A DNA stretch of 64,000 nucleotides from Octopus vulgaris (lineage: Eukaryota), in NCBI GenBank assembly GCA_951406725.2, contig OX597822.1, positions 100,998,001 through 101,062,000 of the forward strand. Direction: 5' to 3'. Under the pieces are notes generated by a model. The model was not told the origin of the DNA. It saw nothing but the letters and a program-made list of their open reading frames with translations, and ran no database searches. Numbering within the stretch: position 1 is the first letter of the stretch; each line of letters opens with the position of its first letter. A program made the position numbers and the translations under genes. Below, one piece after another: positions 52,537 through 64,000 of the stretch.

Positions 52537-53280
52537 TTCTATACATCAATGATCTACTTGCTAAAATATCTAATAAAGCCCACTCTTATACGATTCAGGC
52601 GACACGATCCTTCAATGCTCCCTAACATCCACCCCACAAATATGTACCATCCACATGCAGATTAGATAACGCATGCCAAATCTGCATTGATTCCATTAAC
52701 AAAAGCTTTGAGAATCTCCTTCAGTTCGGCCACACGAACATTTTCCCATTCAACTTCAGGTCATCAATAAAAAAAAACCAACTCAAGCGCTTCCCATGTC
52801 AAGAAAAAAATACTCATCGTATTCCCATCTCGAAACATAAGCGGTACAGCCGTTCCAAATGCTAAGTCTTACTATCATCGAGGAACTCGCTTGGTGAAGC
52901 ACATCGTTAGTATAGCCAGGACAGTGTCCTATTAGGACCAGAAAATATTTCATCCCCCCAACAACTTTTGACACTCTATAAGGATCAAAGTAAAAATTTG
53001 AGTACTGCGCCTACAACTGGAATGGCGTTGCTATTACGCGCACATATCTCGGATCGCATTCACAGAAGGTCCATTCAACTAATTTGCATTTAGTCATTAC
53101 CAGTTACACTCTAGCCCTTGAGTCACAGTTATGTTTGTTCCCGCTTTGTTTTTTTTTAATTATCGTCTCTATAAAGGCTTCTGTTCTTCGGTGTTAGATG
53201 GTCTCTTACTTCTACCACCCAGGCACCCTTGACCCATTCGTTGCTCCATCTTATGTCCTAAATGTGGCTTCACTTTCTTG
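50850..53280 (+). mobile_element. old CR1/Jockey-group LINE ORF2 (endonuclease + RT), highly decayed
   Basis: LSDFN (GDFN-like) at ~51012; KKGNISEPANHCSISLTSNISKIM; VAVDI...HRVWH; SGVP*SLVL; LYINDL. Confidence 0.72.
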
Positions 53281-53482
53281 CGATGAAGAAGTAGATTTCC
53301 TGAAAAAAGGATTCTCACCCCGAAATATTGAAATATAAGTTAAAAGTACAAATCGTCGACTTTTATTATTTCGCATAAGTTGCATTGTTATGACTTTAAA
53401 AATAGCAAAGTATTAAATACACACATATTCATACACAGACACACATGCACGCACACACACACGCAAGCACCCCCATACACTT

Positions 53483-53700
53483 ACTCTTTTATTCTTTTAT
53501 TTGTTTTAGTCATTTGACTTTGGCCATGCTGGAGCACCGTCTTTAGTCGAACAAATCGATCCCAGGACTTATTCTATGTAAGCCTAGTACTTATTCTATC
53601 AGTTCTTTTGCCGAACCGCTAAGTTACGGGGACGTAGACACACCAGCATCGGTTGTCAAGCGACGTTGGGGGATAACACAGACACACAAACATATATGCA

Positions 53701-53746
<46 letters not shown>

Positions 53747-53913
53747 CATATATACGACGGGCTTCTTTCAGTTTTCGTCTACCAGATCCACTCACAAGGC
53801 TTTGGTCGGCCCGTTGCTATACTAGAAGACACTTGACCAAGGTGCCACGCAGTGGGACTGAACCCGGAACTATGTGGTTCGTAAGCAAGCTACTTACCAC
53901 ACAACCACTCCTA
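53483..53913 (-). mobile_element. SINE family A, full length
   Basis: Homologous to 5899-6396. Confidence 0.9.
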
Positions 53914-54272
53914 AGCCTGGAAAATATCCAATTTTTAACTACTCCTACACTTGGAAAATATTTAATTTTTAACTGCGTAGCTTATACCAGATTTCAGATG
54001 AGTTGCATGATATTTTAAACTTTAATAAACATGTATTTTAAAATGTCATTTGCTTTCAACGAACTGTTTAGGAAATACTTGAAAGGCTGAACCTGACTTA
54101 TTTCCATCCACTCTTACAGATTTTACATTTTACTGAACATATTTAAGCATGTATTTAAATATATCAGTATTATGAATCAATGTATGGGAGTATCGACCTC
54201 GTATAGTCCCGTACAACTTTTTAGACAAGAATCAACTGTTTTAACTTTTCACTAGTCTTCATTTATTGTTTA

Positions 54273-54689
54273 CTAGCAGTATCGCCCGGCGTTGCTCGGG
54301 TTTGTAAGGGAAATAACTATAAAGCATTTTTAGAGAGTTATAGCCAAAAAACAGCAAAAAATGCATTAAAAATGGAAAAAAAATTATGGTAAATTTTTAA
54401 AAAAATTATGGTAAATTTTTTTAAAAATCGTTGACTCATCGTAGACATTTTTAGAGAGTTACTTCCCTTTATTTAAAAAATATGCTTTAAAATGGAAAAA
54501 ATTATGGTAAATTATTTTTAAAATCGTAGACTCATCGTAGACGCGCGCTAATACCCAGAAGAGCTCTATATGAATCACGACTATAAGATACCCGGTTTTG
54601 GTTAAACTGCACCGCAAAATGTGGGAGTAGTTAGGAATCTAAATCGTAGGAGACAGACACTCACACAACTTCACTTTTATATATATAGA
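54273..54689 (-). mobile_element. non-autonomous Helitron (family H2)
   Basis: TC...CTAG termini on the minus strand, GC hairpin, AT target site. Confidence 0.88.
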
Positions 54690-55010
54690 TTTTATAAGAA
54701 ACTTATTCCGTCTTTTATTTATCTCTAACTCAACAGAAAAAAAGTGATATGCAAAGCAAAACCGAATAAATTAGCAAATAAATAATAAAATAAATAAGCC
54801 AATAGATAACTAAATAAAATCTGACAAAGTTATTTTGGTGCTTTTCTTTTCTTCCCTGTTACACCAGTGTTTTGTACTAGTGAAAGCTTTTAGACATTTT
54901 TTCTACATTTCTACTACGTTAATTGAATTTCAAATCAAAACGTCGATCTTCAGTTGCATCAAACCGAACAATCACGTATTTACACATTGGAAACTTTTAG
55001 AGAATACATA

Positions 55011-55411
55011 GGCGCAGGAGTGGCTGCGTGGTAAGTAGCTTGCTAACCAACCACATGGTTCAGTCCCACTGCGTGGCATCTTGGGCAAGTGTCTTCTGCT
55101 ATAGCCCCGGGCCGACCAATGCCTTGTGAGTGGATTTGGTAGACAGAAACTGAAAGAAGCCTATGGTATATATGTATATATATATGTATGTGTGTTTGTG
55201 TGTCTGTGTTTGTTCCCCTAGCATTGCTTGACAACCGATGCTGGTGTGTTTACGTCCCCGTCACTTAGCGGTTCGGCAAAAAGAGACTGATAGAATAAGT
55301 CCTGGGCTTACAAACAGAATAAGACCCGGGGTCGAGTTGCTCGACTAAAAGGCGGTGCTCCAGCATGGCTGCAGTCAAATGACTGAAACAAGTAAAAGAG
55401 AGAGTAAAAGA
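55011..55411 (+). mobile_element. SINE family A, full length
   Basis: GGCGCAGGAGTGGCTGCGTGG...GGCGGTGCTCCAGCATGGCTGCAGTCAAATGACTGAAAC. Confidence 0.9.
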
Positions 55412-55414
55412 GTA

Positions 55415-55456
<42 letters not shown>

Positions 55457-55488
55457 CATACACACACGGACACGCACACACGCAAACA

Positions 55489-55540
<52 letters not shown>

Positions 55541-55543
<3 letters not shown>

Positions 55544-56007
55544 CAGGCTGAGTAAAAAGTAAGCAACGTTTGGAAACCTGAAATTCACAGTATATTTCAA
55601 CAACAGGGAAATTTTATTCATCAAAGTGTCACTACAATCGGTACATTTTTGCCAATGAGTTAGAACCTTGTTTAATCCGGTAGCATAAAAATCTGGAGTT
55701 CTGGAGCTGATGAACTCTTTGAACGCACTTTCTGCAACAGTTTGATCTTTGAACTTCTTCGCTCGCAGGTAACCATCAAGGTGCTTGAAAAAGTGGTAGT
55801 AGGTAGGAGAAAGGTTTGGGGAATAAGCTAGGCGGAGAAGAACTTTGTAGCCAAACTCCTTCAACTTCTCGAGCGTCATTAGTAAAATGTGTAGGTGAGC
55901 ATTGGCATAAAGAATGATTGGTCTTCTCCTGTTGACCAATCTGGGACGGGGGAGTAGCAGTTTTTCATTCATTTTGGCAATTTCATGGCAACATGTTTCC
56001 GCAGTAA
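55541..56007 (-). mobile_element. mariner transposase C-terminal remnant with right end
   Basis: ILYANAHLH...AYSPNLSPTYYHFFKHLDGYL...FYATGLNKVLTHWQKC (YSPDLAPSD-like); TA-TCAGG terminus. Confidence 0.85.
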
Positions 56008-56406
56008 TCTTTATATATAAAACTGAAGTTGTGTGGTGTCTGTCTCCTACGATTTAGATTCCTAACTACTCCCACATTTTGCGGTGCAGTTTAACCAAAA
56101 CCGGGTATCTTATAGTCGTGATTCATATCGAGCCCTTCTGGGTATTAGCGCGCGTCTACGATGAGTCTACGATTTAAAAAAAAATTACCATCATTTTTTT
56201 CCATTTTAATGCATTTTTTCGCTATTATATAAGGGAAGTAACTCTCTAAAAATATCTACGATGAGTCAACGACTTAAAAAAAATTTACCATAATTTTTTT
56301 TCCATTTTTAATGCATTTTTTTGCTATTTTTTGGCTATAAATCTCTAAAAATGCTTATATAGTTATTTCCCTTACAAACCCGAGCAACGCCGGGCGATAC
56401 TGCTAG
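56008..56406 (+). mobile_element. non-autonomous Helitron (family H2)
   Basis: A|TCTTTATATATAAAA...CCCGAGCAACGCCGGGCGATACTGCTAG|T. Confidence 0.9.
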
Positions 56407-56971
56407 TGATTTATAAATGTTTTGAATCTTTCACAACCTTGGATTTTGGTCTCATTCTGTTAATTTCTTATTGATATACATACAAACTCATGAATGTATG
56501 AATACAAATACATTCATAACAGATACAAACAAATACACTCATAAATATATTCCTGAATACACACTGTTTTACTTATTTTTATTTAATTCTTTTGTTGTTT
56601 TGATAAAAATCAATTCATTTCTTTATCTACAAATCGGTCATTGACACTCTGTGGTTTGTAAGAAAAATGTAAATTGATGTAATTTGATCCCGGAAGGCGC
56701 GCAAAGACGAGGGTAGCATATATTTTATAACATCAAATAAATACTTAAGAAAAATAATTCATATATATATTGTATTATATTGCATTATATATATGTGTGT
56801 GTGTGTGTGTATGCGCGGGCGTGTGTCTATGCGTATGTATGTACATACATACATATGTACTCGCACATGTTTTTCTTTGAGCTTTATGTAAGTTCTTAAG
56901 AAATTTTAAGCCGGCTGTTAACAAAGCGACACGACACTTTGTGTTAAGTAAGTTCCCGGTGTTTGTAAATA

Positions 56972-58415
56972 CACTGCCCAAAATAAATTTAAGACCGACG
57001 ATGACAGTTTCTATTCATTAATTCATTTTTCACAAAACTGTATGAAATTATTTTACTTTTTACAGTTTATGTAGAATTTTTTTATCTTTCGAATGATATA
57101 GGCGTTATATATCTTTCTACAATTCGAATAATTTTAATGCGAAATTTATTCAAATGATTAGAAATTGTAGGCAAAATAAGTTTAAGACCGTACCAAGGTT
57201 ATTTTGTTTAAATTGAAAATTTAAGGCACAAATGATCAACGAACAAAAATGTATTATTAGTTACTAGTTCCAGAGCCATTATTTTAAATTACTGCCTTAC
57301 AACTGCGGGACATGGAGTTCGACAAATGAGCACAAATTGGGACAAATTTGTTGGTATTTTCAGCATGAACTCTTTTTGAAACATAATTCCATAAATTTTC
57401 TATCGAATTCAAATCCCGGCTCTGCGGAGGCCACTCAGTAACCATCATATTATTGCGCTCAAATTCTTGTAAAACTTTCCTAGCCTTATGAACGGGGCAA
57501 TTCTCCCGCTGGAAAATAAGATTCCGGTGGCAGCTGATTATCTAAATGTGGCAGTATATTTTCATTTACTAATTGCAGATAGCCTACGCTGTTCAGCCTG
57601 CCATCGACCTTAACAATTGAAACAAACACCTAAGCTGCTGAAAGCGACCCACACCATTTTCCCTCCACTCCCGCTTGCGTCGTTTTTTGACACACTTAAG
57701 ATGGAATTCTTCAGTTGGACGGCGTCTAATATAAGTCTTTTTGTCTGATCCAAAGATGCAGAAGTGGGATTCGTCGCACCAGAGAACTTTTGACCAGTTT
57801 TAGGTCGTTCATTCAAACTTGATCTGCCTTCGCTGGTTCGTCTCAGAAATTATCAGCTTCTTTCGAGGGATCCGGCCGAACGGCTTAGATGCTTTTAGCC
57901 GGTTTCCGACAGTTTGTGGTGTAAAGATGATGTCAGTTTCGTCAGACAATTGCTTACAAATGTCCACTGCTGTTTGCATTCGGTTACCTTCAGAGATCCT
58001 ATGAATTCGCCGATCCATCTGTACTGTTGTTACTCTCGGAGCGCCCGTTCTTTGCCGATCTTTGTATTATCCAGTGGCTTGGTAAAGCTTCCATACTTGA
58101 ACACAAGCCTTTTTGCTGCATCCTAATTGCTTGCTAATGTTCATGAAGGACATATTTTGCTGATGAAACAACACGATATTTGATCTAGTAACTGGGCTGA
58201 TACTTCAACGCTTTCCCATAGTGAATTAATGTGTAAAAATGCTTGATTGATAAACAAAACAGTGCAGTACGACCAGCCATATGGCCACCCATTTGGTTTA
58301 TTAATTTGCATTATCTTGGTACGATCTTAAACTTATTTTGCCGACAATTTCTAATCATTTGAATTAATTACGCATTAAAATTATTCGAATTGTAGAAAGA
58401 TATATAACGCCTATA
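56972..58415 (-). mobile_element. Tc1-family (DD34E) element with long IR-DR inverted repeats, one end truncated
   Basis: TA-CACTGCCC terminus; direct repeat CAAAATAA(A/G)TTTAAGACCG at 56979 and 57172; 57097-57197 inverted at 58315-58415; transposase motifs WSKVLWCDESHF, MVW, WPPQSRDLNSIENLW. Confidence 0.88.
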
Positions 58416-58419
58416 ACTA

Positions 58420-60010
58420 CTAATAAATAGTGGACTGACACAGTCAATAATGTCAGTTAGCGAGGTATTTTTGTGAGTGTTGAATCACTTTTGATTCCGG
58501 TTGACGTTAGTCGTGTTATACTGTGCTATATCTTTGTTGAAGGTTCTCTCCGCGCGGGTGAACTATGTTGTGTTGAATTTGCTAAATACTGTTGCTGTTT
58601 TTGCCTGCGGGCCTGTTAAATTTTGTGTTTGTCTTCAGCCGCTGGGAAAGGTGTAGATTCGCTAGAAGTGTGAGAAATAAAAATTGAATAGAAGAAGCTG
58701 AAGGAACACTAAAGACTGATTCAGAAGGAGGGATCCAGTTTAAAGCTGACCTCTCCACAAAAGGTGACAACAAGTACCAAGAAAAGAACAGTGATGTACA
58801 AAACTCTATCGACAACCACAAAGAAAATAGAGATAGTTACGGAAGAAGCAATTGAAGAATGTCTGAAAGAAATTAAGCAACTGACAACATTCTATACAAG
58901 AGGCAGAAAATACGGCACTGTGGAGGTGAGATTTGCCAACGAACAGGAGGCATTAAATCACTCAACTGTGACGCTGAAGACGGAAAAATGGGTACTCTTT
59001 CTTACCTACTGCGGCAAAAGGGTCACCAGAGCGAGAATAGGTAGAATACCATCAGAAATAAAAGAAATGTGGCCTGTAGTTGCCGTAAAGCACAAAACTG
59101 AGGAAGACGCCAACATTCTAAAGGTGACAAGGACTAAGAAATTAAATTGATGGGGATACGGTGTAGAAATACTTATCCAACAAGATCTAAATTAAATTGC
59201 CGAAGAAATAATACTACTGGAGGACATAAAATTGAGAGTGGTGGTACAAGGAAGGCCACCAACTTGCTAACAATGCGGTGAAAAGGGACATATTAGAATA
59301 AAGTGTCCCCAGAGAGAAAATAAAAATGAGGAAAGCCAACAAGAGCAGGGTGGAAAATGAAAAATACACGAAAGTGGAAGAAGCATTTACGGAGGTGGCC
59401 GGCGGAAGGGGGAAGCTGGTGAACTCGCCTCCGAGGGGTCCAAGATGGAGGGAGAGGGAGGGTGAAATAGAATGTACACGTTTTCACTACATGAATCTCC
59501 AACAGCACCAACAACGAAGGAAAAAGAAGAGGAAACCATCACAGACAACCAAATTCCGCTGCGGGAACGAACGGTCAAAAGACATGGAAAGAGCGAATGT
59601 CATATGGTAACATATACAGAGGACACAGATATAGAATGGAAAATCGCCAAGTTTAGGTCGGTGATAGGAGTTGAATTACTAATAGAGCGTTTCCCAGAGG
59701 GTACGGGAGACATGGTGATGGACAGAGAGAGATACAAAAGGTTGGAGGAATGGTTTGGAGACAAGGTGGTCCCAGTGAGAGTGAGGATAGAGTTTGACGA
59801 CCTACCGCCAGTTATAGATTACGACGACTTGTTGCCATATATAAAAAGGTAAAACGTGAATAAGCTTTCAAAATTTTTTAAAGGCTACACATACGATACT
59901 AAAAGGAAAAAAAGGAGAAAAAGGAAGGAAAAAGTGATATAAAAGCTTTGTATTAAAACAGTTAACGGTGCTGCTTGAGAGTGGGGTTCAAGCAGCCACT
60001 ACAACTTCAT
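58420..60010 (+). mobile_element. LINE ORF1 (gag-like, CCHC knuckle) pseudogene with no adjacent ORF2
   Basis: RGRKYGTVEVRF...RIGRIPSEI, then LRVVVQGRPPTC*QCGEKGHIRIKCP (~59230-59309); the ORF ends at 59852, followed by an A-rich tract and a GCTGCTTGA/TCAAGCAGC hairpin. Confidence 0.7.
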
Positions 60011-60061
60011 TTAATTATTATCCATCTCTCATTCATTCATTTCATGTATTTTGTCCCCAAT

Positions 60062-60175
60062 GTGGAGGCACATGGCCTAGTGGTTAGAGCAGCGGACTCG
60101 CGGTCGAGGGATCGATGGGTTCGAATCTCAGACCGGGCGATATGTGTATTTATGAGCGAAACACCTAAGCTCCAT
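60062..60175 (+). mobile_element. SINE family C, 5' fragment
   Basis: GTGGAGGCACATGGCCTAGTGGTTAGAGCAGCGGACTCGCGG... Confidence 0.8.
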
Positions 60176-60490
60176 GTGCCAAATAAAGAAACACAGTTAG
60201 CGACGTACGCTGTTGGGGCCAGTCCCACAAAGAAGACGAAATACGTCATCATAATACGGGACATAACGCTTATTGACATGTCAACTTTGAAATATTCTTG
60301 ATTCTGGAGATTATCTCCCCTTCTCATATGCAGGTGGCTTAAATTGTCATTTGGTAATTATGACACATCAACCAGGCAGAGATGATTTTAATATATGGAG
60401 AATTTACGGTGTATGGTATTTAATGTACCAGTATTTTTTCAAATACATGTTACTGGCTACTCTGTGGTATATCTCTTAGCTAATATTCGC

Positions 60491-60521
<31 letters not shown>

Positions 60522-60555
60522 TGTATGTATGTATGTATGTATGTATGTATGTATG

Positions 60556-60616
<61 letters not shown>

Positions 60617-60686
60617 TATATTTATATGTATTACGGAGATGTACTTGCATAGCGAGTGACTTGATCTGAGATCGTGTGCTCAAACG

Positions 60687-60972
60687 AAAACAATTGCAGC
60701 GTAGAAGGTGTTTATAAGCCATTTATGAAACATACAAAAACCGTTAGATTCACTTCAACATTTAAATTTAATTAGTCAAAATATTTTCGTCGCTTTGAGA
60801 CCGTGATCTGTTCACTGACAAAACTTCGTGCTGCATCTCAGTGAAGCTTTGTCAGTGAATAGGTCACGGTCTCAAAGCGACGAAAATATTTTGACAAAAT
60901 AAATTTAAATGTTGAAGTGAATCAAACGGTTTTTTGTGTGTTTCTTAAATGGCTTCTACGCTGCAATTGTTT
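60687..60972. repeat. long fold-back (~125-140 bp arms) between microsatellites, each arm carrying a hammerhead-like motif
   Basis: AACAATTGCAGCGTAGAAG...CTGACAAAACTTC, ~15 nt loop, GAAGCTTTGTCAG...CTACGCTGCAATTGTT. Confidence 0.9.
60848..60898 (+). ncRNA. hammerhead-like motif with G3 core (G3-U8 here, G3-C8 in the mirror arm at ~60775-60822 minus)
   Basis: UUUGUCA-GUGAAUA-G-GUC...GAC-GAA-AAUAUU-U-UGACAAA: 7 bp stem I, palindromic stem III AAUAUU. Confidence 0.5.
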
Positions 60973-61006
60973 ATATATATATGTACATATATATATATAT
61001 TTACAT

Positions 61007-61070
<64 letters not shown>

Positions 61071-61180
61071 GTATGTGCAAATATATACGTATATGCCTAT
61101 ATACGTATGTGCAAATATGTATGTATATATATGTATATATATATGTTTATATGTATATACACACACACACACACACACAC

Positions 61181-61216
<36 letters not shown>

Positions 61217-61453
61217 GTGTGCCTACTTTACGTTTTGGGAATGACAGGCTTCTTTTAAATTAATTTCTAACCAGTTTTTCTTTTAGTTTTCTGTGAATAA
61301 CAGTTCGGAATAACCAATTAACTTTACAAAGATTTCTTACTCGTAATTTAAACAAACAAAATCTATCTCTATATATATACGAATCTAATTACATTATCAT
61401 ACTACTTTTTTCCTTACATCTCTCTCCGTTTCTCACCTCAGTTAACACTTCGT

Positions 61454-61504
<51 letters not shown>

Positions 61505-61870
61505 CACATTCATCTTCCTTGTAATCATCATCATCAAACTGTCTCCACTGAAATAAAACTTTAATTATCCCAGGGGTACCAAATTTTCCAAATGAGTGCT
61601 TCATTATTTTAAATCTGAAATCTAATTCCGCCTTGTAGCAAGCCACCAAGCAGTCTACAAAAATAATTGAAACAATGAGTTCAGCAATGGTTTTTATTAA
61701 TAAAGGATCGCAAAATACTGTATTTCCAATCAATTTCAAGAAATCTAAACCTATAAAAAAATCGTCGATTGTGCCCGAAATTTTTTTGGTCATTGATTTA
61801 AGCAAATGAAATTGGATATTAATTGTGTCTCTAAAAACGCATACATACATACATACATACATACATACAT

Positions 61871-61907
<37 letters not shown>

Positions 61908-62284
61908 TACAAACATACATAAATACACACACAGATACACCCATACATATTATATGTATAAATTTTTAGTGAAATATATGGATTCTTGTAGAGATGGCTA
62001 GAAAGCCACATACTAATCCAAAATGGTGGAATATACTGCAGAGTTCTGTGCAGCTGAAATTCAGGAGTTCGGATCGAAGAAATTATTTTATAAAGATTGT
62101 ATAAACCCTAAATGTCTTGAGTTATGAGAAGTGATTTTATTTATTTAGTCACTCGTTGGAATTAAGGCGTTTCACAGCCTTCATTATATAATAATAATTT
62201 CAATTATAATTAATTATATTATATGTTTGCATTAACATGCATGCTACGCATTATAGAATAGCATATTTACAGATTAGTGCAGCT

Positions 62285-62431
62285 GGGTCGCCACCATCCT
62301 CTGCCAGAGCCTCGTGAAGCCTTTAGGTGCTTTTGCTCAATAAACACATACAACGCCCAGTCTGGGAATCGAAACCGCGACCCTCTGATCGCGAGTCCGC
62401 TGCCCTAACCACTGGGCAATTGCGCCTCCAC
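62285..62431 (-). mobile_element. SINE family C, 5' fragment
   Basis: Reverse complement GTGGAGGCGCAATTGCCCAGTGGTTAGGGCAGCGGACTCGCG... Confidence 0.85.
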
Positions 62432-62849
62432 GCTTCAACTCATAGTTGTAAATAAATATCGGCTTAAAAAATCCGTTGGATGTAAAGAATCGAAGACTCG
62501 AACCCTCATCTCTTGTAAACATGAAAAGCGTTCTACAATTGCATGATAGCAATCCTTCGAATTTCTCTTATCCCTTATAGAAAATGTGGGTTTGATTCCC
62601 ACGGGCAGCATTTGACATTTTCTATCCAGTTTTTAACCCAATATTCACATGCTATTATTTATAGCTTATCTGCTTCAAGATCCAATGTTCCAAAAACGAA
62701 TTCTATATACATATGTAAATATATATATATTAACCTACCTACCTACCTACCTACCTACCTGCCTGCCTGTCTGCTTGCCAGCCTGTCTGTCTGGTCCAAA
62801 ATAAAAAAAAACCAAGAGAAAGGGAAAAAAGAGAGCCACTTACTGTAAT

Positions 62850-63189
62850 GTGTTTTCTTTTTGCATGACATTATTGTCCAAGGTTTCCGTGGTCTTTTCC
62901 GTAGGCTTTTCTATCCACGGGTAAACCTAATCTGTTTTCCCTTTTTACATTGACATTTCTGTGATACATGATCCCTAATGATCGACCCCACTTTTTTTTC
63001 TTTGACGATCCCCTTTGATCGGAATTTGCCACCCCCCCTATTTTTCCTTTCACGATCCCTTTTGATCGGAATTCGCCCCCGTTTTATTTTTTATTTAAAA
63101 AATGTTTTCCCTTCTCTTCTTCCAAAAAAGAAAAGCTCTACTTTGTATTTTGTCCCTTCTGTGTTTAGCCCTGCGTGGCCAATAAAGAA

Positions 63190-63191
<2 letters not shown>
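62850..63191 (+). mobile_element. probable LINE 3' UTR with ~45 bp internal tandem repeats and a SINE-B-like tail
   Basis: GATCCC..TGATCG repeated three times (62970-63080); ends TTTGTCCCTTCTGTGTTTAGCCCTGCGTGGCCAATAAAGAAAT, then (CTAT)n. Confidence 0.55.
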
Positions 63192-63235
<44 letters not shown>

Positions 63236-63236
63236 A

Positions 63237-63268
<32 letters not shown>

Positions 63269-63801
63269 CACACACACACACAGACCCCCCCCCACACACA
63301 AACACACGCATACACACGCGTGAGTTCGACAAAATATACTTTGTTTCGCCAGAAAGCTCGTCCGAAACGATCATCAATTTATTTTGCCTATTCAGCATTT
63401 CGTTTTCACCGTCTTTTGATCAGCAGTTATACAAAAACACAGCAACCACGAGAATCTCATGTCTACAAATTCCAGCCATAAACACAGACACTGGAATGAC
63501 CGATGACTTACGCACGCATACAGCCACGCTTACGTAAATACGTGTACGGTGTGCAGTGATATATAGCTTTGACACAAGCTGGCATATACGCTATACAAAC
63601 GAACACTTTGCAACGCAGGACGTCTTGCTTTGTGTGAATTGTTTTAATTAGGCAACTAAAATAGAATGGGATAGTTTTCAGATGATTACTTTGGACGAAA
63701 ATAAATGGAAACAATATATTTTGATTGGAAGTTTTATACGTCTTAAATCACCTAATCTTACTTAGTCTCATGGCAAATTAAATTAAACGTTAAGACACAT
63801 T

Positions 63802-63878
<77 letters not shown>

Positions 63879-63900
63879 ACGTCTGTATATAGCCATCTCT

Positions 63901-63981
<81 letters not shown>

Positions 63982-64000
63982 ATGTGTATATATGTATGCA

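Overview
AT-rich, repeat-saturated animal genomic DNA with no convincing host protein-coding gene. The SINE, microsatellite and transposon content points to an octopus (cephalopod) intron or intergenic region; this is inferred from recognised repeat types, not from a database search. Nearly all listed ORFs are microsatellite translations or transposon debris. DNA transposons: a degraded near full-length Chapaev3 (CMC) element, five mariner remnants, an IR-DR Tc1 element and four non-autonomous Helitrons. Retroelements: four tRNA-derived SINE families, fragments of CR1, RTE, R4/Dong and Penelope elements, and an apparent ORF1-only LINE. The two most unusual signals are (1) a ~430 bp TIR element carrying internal telomeric (CCCTAA)n, whose three copies have 11 bp, no, and 76 bp flanking direct duplications, and (2) short non-coding fold-back elements in (TA)n/(CA)n arrays carrying minimal hammerhead-ribozyme motifs with non-canonical, partly compensated cores (U3-A8, G3-C8, C4, U6). 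Two SINE families also share their 3' tails with LINE-like ends in this window. Coordinates were read by eye and are approximate for decayed elements.
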